From assembly GCA_036172245.1 (NCBI GenBank), contig JAYWIR010000039.1:744001-808000 (forward strand): a stretch of DNA of 64,000 nt, written 5' to 3'. The position numbers and the translations under genes were made by a program. The notes under the pieces were generated by a model that was given only the letters and a program-made list of their open reading frames with translations, had not been told where the DNA came from and ran no database searches. Source of the stretch: Raillietiella orientalis. Taxonomy: Eukaryota. This document shows positions 48,525 to 62,549 of the stretch, one piece after another (the stretch's first letter is position 1; each line of letters opens with the position of its first letter).

Positions 48525-51379
48525 TGTCCTTCCGTCCTCGGGAGGCGGCTGCCGAGATCATACACTGCCGCGAAACGGAAGACGCTGTTCTTTGCGAACG
48601 AAGCAGAAGCCTAGCCAGTGTTCCCGAAGCAGCTACCTGCTGGTCAGTTTTGTGAAGTTCTGCATCCTTCGGCAGCCCCCTGAGACGCGGTTCCTTCGGA
48701 GCTTCCGAACGGCAGTGTTCCCAGACCCATTTGCCCCGTCGAGAACTGCAAGCATCCTCCCTCGTTAGACGCAGCGTGCTCCCGCTCAACGCTTGCACTT
48801 CTGACCTCCGTGTCTTCCAGATTTATTCGGGCGTCGCTTTCGAAAACCAACGCTTCTCGGATAACCCAATTTCCCACTGAGGGCTCTTCGTCCCCAGAAG
48901 ACGGAGAGCTTGCCCGTTTGTCTCCCTCCCTCACCGTCCAGAGCAGACCGGCGGCTCCTCCAGCTACAGAGTCCTACCCAGATTACTGTTCAGCTGCGTC
49001 AAAGGAACCCTGGTGCCCCCTCCACCCGCAGAACTCGAGAACTGGCAGCACCGTTCAAGGAAACTTTCCTTCTGGGACTTTTCGAGAGAAAATCGCTTCC
49101 TCTGAGGACCGTCGGATGACGAGAACGGTTGCGAAGATGGAGTACCAAACTAGCAGTTCAATCGCAGAATACACCTAAAACGATGGTGACCAGGGAGATC
49201 CTCATTAACTTCTCACGACCACTCGCAGCGCCCACTCTTCCGAGCGACAGTCTTTACAAACGCAGTTTGCTCTTGGCGAGAGAAGCGTCGAGACCTCACC
49301 AACATCCGAGGCCGACCTGAGGGAAACGTCAACTGTTTTCTTTCAACTTCCACTCGCACAGGTCAGTGGAAACCGGAAGACGAGAGCGGAGGCGGAGCTG
49401 GAGGAAGCGCGGATTGCGAAGGACGGGAAGTGACCTTCCGGACAGAGACAGACTCCCTGTCCGTGACCCACGCACCTTATTTAAACCGCCCCACAACGTG
49501 GGGCTCTGGCTCACGCTGGGCCTCCTCCTCCACACGAAACATGCACCCTGAGTAAGGAATACCCGCCGTGCTCAGAAGCTTCACTGCGACGGATATCCAG
49601 CTGCCTCCGGCAAAGATTTTCGAGCACCCATGGTGTGGCGCGCGCGAGATTCTGAACCGTGAGCTAACTCTCAGCCAGCAGTCTGCCGGCGCCGATAATG
49701 ACCGTTGACCTGGAGATGGGTTCTCCGGTGATTTCTTGGCGTTTCGATTTCCAGGCTGCGGAGACGCTCGTGCTCCTCGAGAACTTGCCGCCGCAGCTAG
49801 GACAGGGACAGAGCAACATCCCGAAGACAAAAAGTACCGATGCACGCCCTTGCTCGTTCCCGCCAGCACACCACCCCGAAAGGAAGCTGCAGCCCTGCAA
49901 GCATCCGTGCAAACGGAAACCAAAGCGTGGATTCGGAGGCCAACACCGCCAGATGGGAACGGGAGATTCATTTGAGGTTTCCTTGCCAGCAGAATTCCTC
50001 ACGCGCGTATTCCCCGTGATCATTGATGCCTGTTCACCTGATGGGTTCACAATGGGAACAAAAAGTCACAGTCAGTGATCGTCAAGCGGTGCACGGGGAG
50101 GCAGCACTGTCCCATTGAGGGATCCGAGCTACAAACGGATGCGACGCTGCTTGCCCACGGGAAAGCAATAATCAATCAGTGATGGATTAATTTTCGAAAT
50201 AAATACCATGCCTGAAGTGAGCTACTCTTTGCCAGGACCTCGTTCCAGACAATTGCTCTGAGAAGGCAGCACAGAGATCCCAGCAGTGGTGGCAAATTCA
50301 CCGCCAGTTCATTTTCTTTTTCCTTTTTCGGAAGCAGCGTGAAAGTCGAGAGGGGAGAGCACCTCCGGTTTTGAGGAAGAGTCTTGAGAGAGGGGGCCAT
50401 AGCATTCCGCCGGCTGGGCACCGCCCCGAAGTGGGCGTGCGTGCACGGAGCATCACCTCGTCGTCGCTCGTGGGGTGCGTGACGTGACGTGGGTTCCCTC
50501 AAACGCACTGCGCCGTGCGTACGCTGCGTCTCCACCCGGAATACGGGCGACTGCGAATGGTTTCATGGAATCATCATCTCGGCAGCATCATGAATCGGAA
50601 AGAAATAGCTATCTGACGGTGGATCTTCTTGCCATCCGATCTTCGCTGTCGATGGCATCACGACATGGAGAAAGACTGGTAGTCATCACCAGAATCATAC
50701 TCAGCGTGAATAATTTGATCCCGGAAACACTGAGAAAAAATAACTTTCACAACTGTAAGCTACTGGAGTCTTTTTCATTATGGATGTGGGTTCTCAGATG
50801 ACATCATCAGGCACAAGAACAGGAAAGAGAGATGAAGAAAATTGTTCCTCGCGAGATGTCGGGATGGATGATGTTCTTGAGATAAATAGGATGGCACATG
50901 CACGGCGATAATGCAAGAAGAAAAGAAAAAAAAGGAAGAGAAGATCCAAACGCTTCTTTCGAGTGGACTGTGTGCTTTCCAGGTGCTCAAAGGGTGGGAG
51001 CTAAGTTTTCACCCCGGGAAGGGCATCTTCGTCCCTCGGAGAAGTTGGTTGCTTTCGCTGAAAGATGACTTGTCCAATATTGTGAAGGATTCCAAAAATG
51101 CTGATTCTGTGTTTCCGAAGAGCAGTTAGGAAATAACCTGGAAAAAAAAAAAAAAAAAACGCACTTCTAAGAGAGGTTTTTCTTTCCTCTAAAAGGAACA
51201 CTCTTTAAGTTCTCTGACTTTCTTTCCGTACTTTAGACTGTGTTCAGTTTATGCAAGACACCAGAAAATAAAATCTTGGTTCGCACCCTTCGAATGGTGT
51301 CTTCCAGATTCTTTGAAGCTTCCTTCATATCTATGTGGCAATGAAGCACAAGCTGCAGTTTCTTGAATATTTTCAATGA

Positions 51380-51640
51380 AGTGTCTTCACAAGCAAGTGT
51401 CGGTACACCCCGCTTGCATGATGATGCGGCTACCAAATGGATGTTAACTTGACTTTTATTTGCCATGGACACCATGCAACGAAAGAAAATGAGTATGGAA
51501 AAATTTTCAGTAAAGTGTTTCGCTGCTAAATGCTGCATTGCTAAGGAAAATGCCACCCACGTGAAACTGCATCCAAGCAGTGGTGGATATGAGAGCTTGC
51601 CATCTTTACAAGTTCAAATAATTTTTCAAGGGACACCTGA
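51380..51640 (-). pseudogene. Decayed THAP domain (P-element-like transposase N-terminus or THAP gene relic)
   Basis: IFRCPLKNYLNL*RWQALI...AAKHFTENF...KRGVPTL across a frameshift matches the THAP pattern F.FP...W...CskHF...aVPTl. Confidence 0.4.
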
Positions 51641-54600
51641 AGATGTTTTCGAAAAATTGAGTGAATCCTGCTGAATTTTGAAAATTTGGTCACATGGGGT
51701 CATTAGTCATTAGACGAACTTTGTCTCTTAATGATGTGACCACCTCATTTGCATCCTCCTTGCTTTGACTATCCTGACCTCACGAAACCAGCATACGAAT
51801 TTTGACACCGTCGAAGACATTTGAGCATTGGGAAAAATGCTGCCGAAATAATTCAGTTCAAGATGTTCCACATCCGTTAATCATCATACCTCTAGATGGG
51901 AGTGAATCCTAAGAATGCTGTGAACCCCATGAATGAGGGCCACCGTGAGGTAAATTGGAAAAAGGACATCAAATGGTGGATTCTTCTCTGCATCGCAGAG
52001 AATAGAAGAGTTCATGAAAGTGGAATTCACTCGCGATGGTCATTTAGGATTCTGCATAAGTAATGTGTGAAAAGAAGAAAGTGTGTTATTTCCCACAGAG
52101 TCAAACGCTGCGGAATGGCAGTTACCCAACGAGAGACAGAGAGAAAAAAGACAAAATGCACATTCAAGAAATAAAAGTTTGTGGTGTGGCGAGCAAAGAA
52201 AAAACATGATAAAATTGTACTTAAAATGAAACGAGGAGAAGAATTAATGATTAGATTCCTCAGAATTAAAATTAAAAAATTCGTGAGCTGCATACAATTT
52301 CCATCCGCCTTCCTCAATGCAGGAAGCTCAAAGACAAAGATGCTTCAAAAATAACACATGTTCAAATAGCAAATCATTTATCATTTCGAACATTTTGGCA
52401 GTTTCTTCGGATGTTGCCTGGATCAGAATAGGAGCCGTAATATAGTTCATTCCGATCAAACGACCGTTAATTAATTCACACCTGATTCACGCAGTGTAAT
52501 TAAAATGCCTCGGGGAGGAGTTAAAACTATTTTCTCCAAAGAGAAAACAGAAAATGCATTCTTTGGGGTATATTATACGCCAAAGATGGTAATCGGAAAG
52601 TGCAAAGGCAGTTGCTTTCCGAATGGAATTAGGTAACCTACATAGCATCCTCTAAAGCATTCTCTGGGTGTTTGAGGATTTTGTGCAGGAGGCTCACCCG
52701 TGTACATTTTTAATTATTACTATGGATCATCCATTCCCTTAGGGATGGATGGATCTTCGTGGAAGTCCTTCTTGTAGTTTTTGAATTTTCTGCAAGTACC
52801 GTACCACCTAATGTATTCTCATTTGCTCATTTGGATTACATCGTTTCAATACATAGGAGCACAAGTGTCACTCCTGTTATGATGGGGACCAAAGATTGTT
52901 GCTCAAGTGGTTGAGGAACACTCGTGGTTTGCACGCCTCTTTTGGGGTAAAGCATGGGGCTTCTGTCCCCTGGTCATCTCATTCGCTTTCGCTCCCTGCA
53001 ATCTCTTCAGCTCACCAGCTGCTTTGCAATTCAACAGCAAGCACATTGGACTGACTCACTGCATTTCAAGTTCCGCAAGGATCGTTGCTGAATCCCAAGT
53101 TCTGCTTTGAATTTCGCTTACAAACGAGTTCTTCTCGCAAGTGCCTTCTGAAAAAAGACAGGGAACAAAAAGACAATGGATGGAAGCGAAAGAACGGAGC
53201 TTGAAAACCAGTGAGATAACAAAAAAGATAGAAGAAATTCAAGATAACCTTCACATGCTTACAATCGCTTGCATACTCCAGCCCATTAATAAAGGGATCA
53301 TGGATTGATTATGGATAAACGAATGATAATTCTTTTAATGAACCTTTTAGGGAATTAACCAGAACAGCAACGCAGCCCGCTCCTGTTTCGAGGCAAGTTC
53401 AGTTGAGTGCTCTGGGGACGACCAGAAGACGCTGTCCACTCGTTAGTAATGGGTTTGAAACCACCTCTCAGGACTCTGAAAACGGCTGTTCCATACCTCC
53501 ACGCCGCAGCCGTGCCCGATCCACTCTCGAGTGAAATTCCGTGGTGAATCCATTTGAACGCCAGATGCTTCCATCCTAATCTTTGGAAATCTCAAACGAG
53601 AGCCACCGCTGACTTCGCGAACGAACGTTTGCTCCTCTTTTGTCCTCTCACCTTTGAACCGCCCGAATTCCCAGCAAGCAACAAAAGCATCTCTTGCTTG
53701 TTTCACGAGCAGCGTGAGAAATCTCCTCCGAGCACAGACACCATGAAAGACGGCATCTACCATCTACTGCCGTTTCCCAAGGAGCTGCCCTTTCAGTCGC
53801 TCCCGGAAATCATGAGGAACAGAGAGAATCGTATGTTCCGTCCTCGACGCTGCCTAGCACCCTGTGAAGGATGGAGAAATAACAAGGGAAATAACTGTGC
53901 TTTCCCTTTTCGGAAAGCAGTTTCATGATTTCCCAGAAGCAACCTAAATCAAGTACCTAGCCTCGAACAGCCTCCCAAAACCTCTTAACACGTATCTTCC
54001 GTACCCACTCGTACCTCGCGACCAATGGGCGATCTTTCGCGTCGATTACTCGATTTACCGTTTCCACAGTTTGCGTGAATGCGCGAAGACTCCGCTTCTT
54101 AACAGCATCCTTCGAGAGAGATTCGCAAAATTTTGGGCATTCAGGTCCTCCTGCTGAAAATGCCTGAAGGGAAGCTGATTGGACCGTCGGGAAACCGGGG
54201 CAGGACTACACAAAACTATGCTGGATGAACCGGACACGTATCGAAGAATCATGCGAGTCAAGCGGAAAGCAAAAAGCAGCGACTTTCTCGTCTCTCGGAA
54301 GGGGTGGACACGCATGTTGGGAGTGTGCACGGAGGCTCACGTTAAACTGGCATTCCTGTTGTCCCTTGGGGTACGGCGCTTCGCAGAACGATGGGCATCT
54401 CGTTCCTCCTTCTGGTCCTTCCGCATGCCGGGTTTCGAAACGCGCAACTGGAGCGGCAATAAAGCATTCCACCTCTCTTTTTTTTTATTCCCAGGACACT
54501 GGGCATTCGGTCAACTTGGTAAATCCACCGCCGACGTGCTCTTGAAAGCGCGCGCGCCAAAGTGAACGTCCAGGCACTTCCAGCAACCAGGAAGAGCAAA

Positions 54601-57600
54601 GATTTGTCGCGCGGCTCCAAGCGCCGGCTCTTGGCGTGGCGATAACTAGAACGGAGAAAAACTGGTCGCCTGGAAAAGCTGATTCGACCAAGGTGGACCT
54701 ACTCGTGAGCTTCCTTCCACGCGGCTCTGCCAGCATGAAGATGGATTTTCATGAACGTCTTAGAAGCCGGACAACCCCGCTGCCTCCTCCCTTATTTGAG
54801 AGCGACAGGGATTTCAATTCGAAGTTTCCTTTCCGTGTGCACTCAAGCTGAAGTTGCTGCAAGTCTTTTCTTCAAGGAACGTGCTGCAAGCGCGGCGCGA
54901 ATTGCTCTTTGCCGTCCAGGGATGGTACTGATCTCATGTGCGAAAGATGCAGAAGATGGGGCGGATTCTCGGTGCATAGCCTGCAGCCACCGAAGGACAT
55001 GGACCCCTGACCTGGGTTATCACCCAGGTCAGGGGTCGCAAGTCAACAAAGGGGCAAAAAAGGAAAAAAACAATCCAACTAGGCCACTTCTATGTACCCG
55101 GAAGCTTGTGGCTTCCAGCCACTCCTATACCGGGGATAGACTCGAAGGTGAAGACAGTCCAGGTGCTCCAGAGCGAAGGAAGGGGAAAAGAAATCATTCC
55201 GAGCGTCTCTTTCTCTTCCTTCCACGTGGACTCAGCAGAGGCTCTAGAAGAGAAGGGGCGAAAGAGAGGAAGGCACAGAATGAACCACTGACCCTCCACT
55301 TCTCCCCGGAAAGAGATGTCCGCATCGGGGTAGGAGCGATGGAGGGGTGGATGGGTGGGTGTGGTGTGGGTAAGGAAGTTCGGATCTTCTAAAGGTCTCT
55401 CTCAGTAGGACCATGAGCTTGTGAGGGAGGAGGGGGGAACAGATGGGATTTATCTCTCCAAGAGGTGGAAGATGAAGGGAGGAGGAGGAAGAAGAATAAG
55501 GAAATCGCTCTTTCGAGTGTCCCGGGATTTGTGCTCGAAACTCTGTCGAGAGGAATAAGGGATTCCAAAGGACTCCTTGTTTCCGTCTGACCACACCCTC
55601 AGTTTTGCAGCTCGTACCCATTGCAAGCCGCAAAATGAGGACGAAATGCCTGCGTCTTTTCCAAACTTGCACGACCTCCGAGACGCCTCGAGCTCTGCTG
55701 CCGGGGCACCGAGTCTGCAACGCCGAGGTGCCTCTGGGTTGCCAGTGTCGTGAACAGGAGGGACACATCTCTTGCTGGAGCGAATGAGTTAGCACAGTGA
55801 TGATGATCTTTGACGGATTTTGCAGCCAATGATCCTTCCAGAAGCACAAGGTCGTTTGCATCGTGGAGATCACGTGCCGCCGGCTCGCGCTCTCTCGCAC
55901 CACGCAGCCAGTCGCCCTCCGCAGCAACTCTGGGACCCTCGTCCGCGCCGAAGAGCTGCGCCTCCTCCTCGCTCCCCCATTCTTCCATTTTTTTTTTTCT
56001 TTCTTGAAAGATGCCGCTGGAAGTGGGTCCACGCAGAAAGACCCGCAGCCTCGATTATTAGGAAGAGATTTTCCCGGCTCCCGGAACTTAGTCATTTGCA
56101 GCCAGCCAGAATGCTCTTCTTTGTTCTTCTCAGCGCTCCCTGTAGCAGCATCCGTCCCGCAGCTGGGTCGCATCGCCTTCCCGGATGACACGTACATGCG
56201 CCCCGCGTCGTTGTACGAAAGATGCCGCACTGTCGTCCTTTTGGACTGTTTGAAGGAAGGGTCGTCTGCAGTCCGTGAACCTCACTGTCTGCTCACCCTG
56301 GGGATTTCGTGTTGCCAGCGAATGGGAGCGTGGAATGCTGATGGTGGAGGGAAAGTAGCTCACGCCACGCTGTTCACTGATGCAACTCCAGCCTCCCAGG
56401 AGAGCATCGCTCCGCCGCAGTCTGCTTTTGGTTCTCCCCTCCCGCTTAACTGGCTGTTTCCGGTCAGTGTCTTCAGGGCACGTACCCCCTTTTAGAGCCA
56501 AACACGAAAAACGCGCAGGGAAGGCGGCAGCCAGATGCCGGAAGGAGTCGGGATCCGCCACCTTAAACCGAGATTCTGTGCGAGTGAATTCTGTGAGTGG
56601 GAAAAAGATGTGAAGCATGGGTGGCCACTTGATCTGACATGTCAGCAATTGCCCCGGTGGTCTAAAAGATGTAGGAAATGCGAAATATGGATCAGTGGTC
56701 CCGAGCGTTCTTATGAATGGAGGAGGAGTTGCTTTCAGCCTCCGAGAAGGACGCATCTTCTTAAAGAAAAGATTCTTCTTTGCCTTTCGAGAGATCGCGT
56801 CAGATGAAGCAGCATCCGAAGATGTTGAGAAATACCCGCAGGAATCAGCAAGCCAGTGATTTGAGGCGAAAGCATCTGGATGGGCAGCTGCCGACGACTG
56901 AGGGAGAAAGAGGCATGGCTTGCATCCCGAGTTGCTGAGGGCTGGCTCGTTGGTTTTCGGGAACACATCTCAGATGATGCTGATCTCGAGAAGAAATCAG
57001 ATGCTGAGATTCCGAATTCTTTAAGGAGCCGGTTTGCCCGCTGCACGAAGGACATTGTTTCGCCTCAGGGCACGCTCCAGAGGTCTTGAGCTCGGCTTCG
57101 AGCGTGTACGAAGTGCCTCCGTTTTCATTCCTGGAGGCAGCACGCTTGGTTTTCGTGTGTGTACACGCGCGTGTGTTTTCTTCCCATTTACCAATAGATG
57201 TTTCAATGGCAAATGAGCTTCAGATCACTCACTAGCTTCTCTGGTAGATGTCTTCCACTTTGAGGATCCTTGCGCTTGACTCGCAGCTTCATTAGATGAC
57301 CAAGGGTGACCAAAGTGATATATCTTTGACAGCTAGGAACGAAGCGTCTCATCCATTATGAAGAAAAGTAGCATCCGTTGTCCTTTGGGCGGTCGGTACT
57401 CATCGATTGGCACTGCACGTTAGCACATGTTGGACTGTCTGGTTAAAACACAGATACACCTTGTACGTCAACCGCGACGGAACGCACTACGCCACAAGCC
57501 ATGACCCAGCACTTCAGGAGACTAGGGAAAAAGTCCTCGGGTTGCAACAGCGGGTCTGACTGTTGCATAATGGACCTTTGTTTCAAACTCTGTTCGTCGA

Positions 57601-59372
57601 TTCCGTGTTAATGTGGAGATACAAACAAATGGATGGGAGCAATTACCACCGTCTTCTCGACCTGGTTGTCTTCCTTGGCCCGTGCACATGGCAAGACTGC
57701 GATTCTTGAGGATTCCTCCATCACCCGAGACGACAATCAGAAGCTTTCGAAGTGCATCTCTGGACATTTGATCATGGCATTCGTTTCCTGATGTGTCCAT
57801 CCGGTCTTCCAGGCAGCTCTCTCTGAACCCTCTCGTTCGTCGGATCCTAGCATCTTAGACAGCCCATAGAGAATGTTCTTGCTGCTGTTGAAGGCACTCT
57901 TTTGTAGGCCAGTCCTGCATGGTTCTCCTTTTCTCTTGTCTCTTCCGGTACCCATTACTGAGCGTTCGAAGTTATAGATGGCATTCCAGCGTTTGCCTTC
58001 CCTTTTCCTGAGAACGTCAGGTCTGGCTTCAGCTTTACGCCCACTCTCGGGATAGCCCGTTTTACAGGCCACGCACTCCCAATGCTAACAGCATTCTTGA
58101 CTCGGGTCATCACAAAACTCATTAGACCTCTCTGTGATCACTATCTGCTGACGCACCCGTTGAGTGGATGAATGCAGGATAAAAGTAATGCTGAGATGTA
58201 TCCATCCCAGCTCTCTTTCCCACGCATTCTCCTGCTCAGACTATCAGCTGCAAACCCGGTGGGCGATGCCCGCACAGGCAGATGATTGGGTCGTGCTGCA
58301 TTCATGAATCTCCAGCCAGCGAACCCAAGACCGATCGACAGATGCTGTGAAGTGCTGTTCCGTCCAACGAAGAGTATGGCGTTCTTTTGAGCATGGTATT
58401 CTGTACTAAGATTTAACCCGTTGCCTTGCTCTCATTCTCCTGCAGGCTGGAGGCGATTTTCTCGCGCGCACGAGCGTTGCACGTGAAGATCATCAAATGT
58501 GCATTTCGTGTTTCCTTTTCAGGGATGCGTTTTATTTGAACTGGACCTCGGATGCTTTTGGTGTCATCACTGAGTCCATTTCACTTTGTTAAAAAGAAAC
58601 CATGGCTTTCTCTGTCAAAAGAAAGGAACACCGAAGCATCGGTGTGGATTGCCAAAAAAAAAGGAACTATAATGAGGAGCTGTTCCTCTCACATGCACCT
58701 GTCGAGGACTAAGAGATTGAACCCTTTTCACTGTGCGCTGAGATTTTCAAACTCCCTTCGTCGAAAGGGAGATCAAGTAGCAGAGCAAGCTTTTTTTCGA
58801 AAATTCCAGCAGGATGCTTTCTATCACCATTTATCGATCTCATCTTATGTAATGAAAAGGGACCCAAACGAGTAAAAAAGGAATAGCGTAAAGTTCAGAG
58901 TCCTGTTTACCTTCGATGGCGCTTCAAAAATTTAAAGGAACACTTTCGCACACCAGCAGGGGTGGTTCTTGAAATCCAAAATGCTCGAAACTCTTTTTCG
59001 AAGGAAACCATTATGAGTTTTCGCGGCTGCTCTGACTGAACTCGGGAAGACATGCTAAGCGGCAGGAGGATTCGAAGATTCCGAGGCAAAGATGGAAAAA
59101 AAAAAAACTGCCGATTGGTTGCCTAAGGTGTCCTCAGGAAAGGCTTATTCGGTATGGTAGGGATGAGGAGGGGAGCCACTAGAACGCTTGACGTCCGACA
59201 TCTGTCCTCGCCTCTGATGCAGCCCTGCATCCGCTCGTGGTGGCTGTCTGAACTTCTTTTTCAGATTCCCGCAGCCCAGGTCATCATCTTATCTGCTTCT
59301 TGGCTGCTTTTTGCCATCATTCTTTCATTTCGAGGAGCATTACTAGAAATCCTCTACATGACACTCAGAGGC

Positions 59373-59778
59373 AAGGGTGAGCCACTCAAGACTGGCCCTC
59401 CTGACCGCCTCGCTACTCTTCGCGGCGAAGCCACACTCGAAATCGCGCCGGTTGCAAATGGCCCACCCTGTGTTTGTAGGTTGCATTGTTGGGCGTCATG
59501 CTGACCGCGCGCTCTGACGTCACGCGGGGAAGCCTGAATCCAAATGGGGCCGGTTGCAAGTGGCCCACCCTGTATTTATAGGTTGCATTGTTGGGTTCCA
59601 GGCTAATCGAGCACTCTGACGTAACACCGCGAAACCGCACGCGAGGAGGGCTGGTTGAAAGTAGCCCACCCTGTATTTTGAGACTGCATTGTTCGGCGGC
59701 ATGCCTGATCTCGTGCGGTGACGTCACTCGGGAAAGTTACACTCGGAAAGGACCTGTTTGAAGTCTCCCCACCCTGTA
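59373..59778. repeat. Tandem array of ~102-bp units each containing a Tc1/mariner-like TIR end, preceded by one inverted TIR copy
   Basis: Core gccggttgcaagtggcccaccctgta starts at 59447, 59549, 59650 and 59752. An inverted copy aagggtgagccactcaagactggcc lies at 59373-59397. Confidence 0.85.
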
Positions 59779-59859
59779 CAATCATGAGCGGACACATTCT
59801 CGGCGTCCAACTCAGCCATCTTGCGAGCTTGGGATGCACTCTCACATTTCCTGCGATCC

Positions 59860-60300
59860 CTTAATCCTGGATTTGGATCAAGGTGTTATTGCAGAGGATA
59901 ACTGGAACTCCTTCAATCCAGCAATTTTCATGAGCAAAGGATGAGCGGACTTTGCTCCCTGTTTTCCGGTCTACTAGCCGTTGCTTACGAGCCAAAAGTC
60001 CTTCTAATATCCGATAAACTGTCATCTTTCCTGTCCCTGCGCGACGTTTTTCTTAAAGGCTTTTGTCCTCATCCTGTGCAAGCTGACAGGACATTTAAAA
60101 CTCGTAGTCGTCTTTCAGGTGGATCCATCTGGCGTATTCGTGGGGACAGGTTATTTGCCACTCGCACTTTGAAGAGCACAGGGGTCCTCGCTGCTGGACG
60201 CTTCTCGCTGGATCCCATCGGGCAGGGCACCGGAGATGAGCTCGACGCATCGAACTACTGGACTCTCGAAAGGCTGCACTCTTGGCTCCAGAATTCCGCC
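59860..60300 (+). mobile_element. Possible pogo-type DDE_1 transposase relic
   Basis: NSFNPAIF (wm...iF), KVLLISDKLSSF (k.LLilD...sH), STGVLAAGRFSLD (tT..lQPlD). Weak, by eye. Confidence 0.25.
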
Positions 60301-62549
60301 ACTCGCCTCGGTATCAGATGCTGCTCGCTCATTCTCATTGATGAGTCACTTTTGCAAAAACCTAGAGAAGAGCATCTAAGGTGTGCAGGCGTCTTGCCGG
60401 CCACTTCATAAGCGGCTTGTCAGCCCGTGAGCAGATCTTGCCTGGTTGCTTTGGACCCGAGGCGGTTGCAGATCGAAGGCAAGGAAGGATAGGTAGGGAA
60501 GCAAGCGAGAACGGGGAGCGAATGCTGAGGTGCTTTGAGCAGGCGAAGATGGTCGAAAGTCAGTCGGACCTTCGGGCCACCACGCGCACGTCTCTGAGGT
60601 ATTTCCCTCCCCCTTCTCCCCCCCCCCCTCGCGTTCGTTTTCCACTCTTCTTTCCCCCCCTCCCCCTCCTTGGTTCGATTCAGACGCGCTCGAATCGAAA
60701 CGTTTCGTCCGTGGGAACGCGAGTTCCCGGTTTTTCCCTTTCCGTTAACGAAAGTTTCCAGGGCAACACCCAGGCCGCTCGTTCCGAGTGGCGGAACTGG
60801 TCCTCGCTCGGTACGCAAGGCTGCGCGAGGGCAACCTGGACCTGGGCGCGAGCGGTAGAGGGAACTGCTCGACACGCCCAGGTCCGATAGAAGTCTGCTT
60901 ATTTAACCATGGGAACGGCGCGACGGCGAGCAGCGCCCTCGCGTCGCTAAAAACAGCCCGTCGCCAAAGGTGCGGTCGGCCGTCCAACGGACGGAGGTTT
61001 CGGGCGGGCTGGCGAGTAGTGCGACTTCCCGAAATCAATCCCGAGTGCGGGCGTCCCGGGACGGACGACGGCCGGGAGTGTGTGCCGTGGGAGGGCGAGA
61101 GCTTCGCGAAAGGTTCCAGTGAGACATTGAAAGCCGATTGGGAGGAGATAACTTTTCTGATGGCGTAATCGGCGATCATCTCCCGAAGTGCTAAACGCCG
61201 ACAACACGCAGCTGCTGGGAACCCTGCACTTGCTGGAATTCGAATTCCGAACTGTTCTCCATCCTCGCTCGGATGCAAATAAGATCTTACCTTGAAGCAG
61301 CTTCCAGCTTCCGATTCAATGCGGCAGTTCCTCCTCCGCACCGCGCAACCCAAACTTCCATTTCCACTCCGGCTCCCCCGCGATCAGAATTCAACCAAAG
61401 TGGTGTGAAAACACCTGTGGCTTCATCAGCGCACACAAGGAGGCTGCGGCTCCGGGTCCTCCTCCCCTCTCAAACTGCTGGACGGCTGCTTCCGGAACGA
61501 TCCCGGAGCGGGCACGCTGCCGAACGACGGCGACTTTTTTCCGATCGGCGCGTCCCGCTCGCGTCGGGTCGGCCTCCCTATCTCCTGGACGGCAGCGCTT
61601 CTCCCCCCTCCCTCCCCCCCTTTCCCCGTCGGACGCTGCAGCACGCCCACCGATGCTCCTCGTCGACGAACTCCTCCGCCCGCTCGTCCTTTTCCTCCTT
61701 TTCCTGCTGCGTCGCGAGGTGCAAACGAGCGCAGGCGGCTCCGCAAACGACACGGCGGCGGGAGGGCTCGCGCGCTCCGGAGACGGATGTTGGTCTCCGG
61801 TGGCGCACTCCCGCGGTCGGCATCCTCCGTGGGACAGCTCCGCAGCACGACGGAGGGAAGGACGAAGCCGCGGGCGCCGCGCCGTATCACAACCGCGCGG
61901 GGACGGCTTTTCTGGATCCGTCGCTGGATTCGGGAGCAGTCGAACGTGAGGCGAGAAAGGGAAAGCCGGGAGTTAATTTTTTCCCAGCTCCATGCTCCGG
62001 GAGCACACACATGTACGAACTAACAGATGAAGCCTTTCTATCATCTCGGCTTTGCTGAGAGCGTGCTTGCGTGCAGACGCGAGATGCTGGTTCAGGTTCT
62101 GGAAGAATTCCAGCAAACAACAAAACACTTGTATGACGGCGGCAGCAGCTCGCGAGATTTCTCTACCGCAGGGGATGATTGCAGGGGAAGATTCGTTGCG
62201 CTCGTCTGAGTAACTCCGTCGCCTTAATAAGCCCTCAGACTGTTTGCGAACAACGGAAACGAATAAAATTCTCGATCGTCTGAGCCGATAATGAGCTGCG
62301 CAGCACTTATTTGGATAAAACATTTGCTTTTGTTTTTGAATCTTTTCATTTTTTTTTTCCTTTTTTTTGCTGATCATTCCTTCCCCTCCCTTTTCCTCCT
62401 CCTCCTCCTCTTCGCTCCTTTCCTCCTCTGAAAAAGTCATGAGCTGAAGCATTGAGCGAAAAACAGGTGAAAAATATTCCCCGAATGTGCGACGTGCGTG
62501 GCCATTCAGATTGAACTACGCAGGCACCACAGATGGAGGAGCCCGTGAA

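Noticed and set aside
53400..59300. Assorted short ORFs
   Set aside because: No recognisable domain, splice-consistent exon chain or repeat structure that I could support.
59447..59778. CRISPR-like repeat-spacer array
   Set aside because: The 'spacers' are homologous to each other, the repeats are degenerate, there are no cas genes and the context is eukaryotic.
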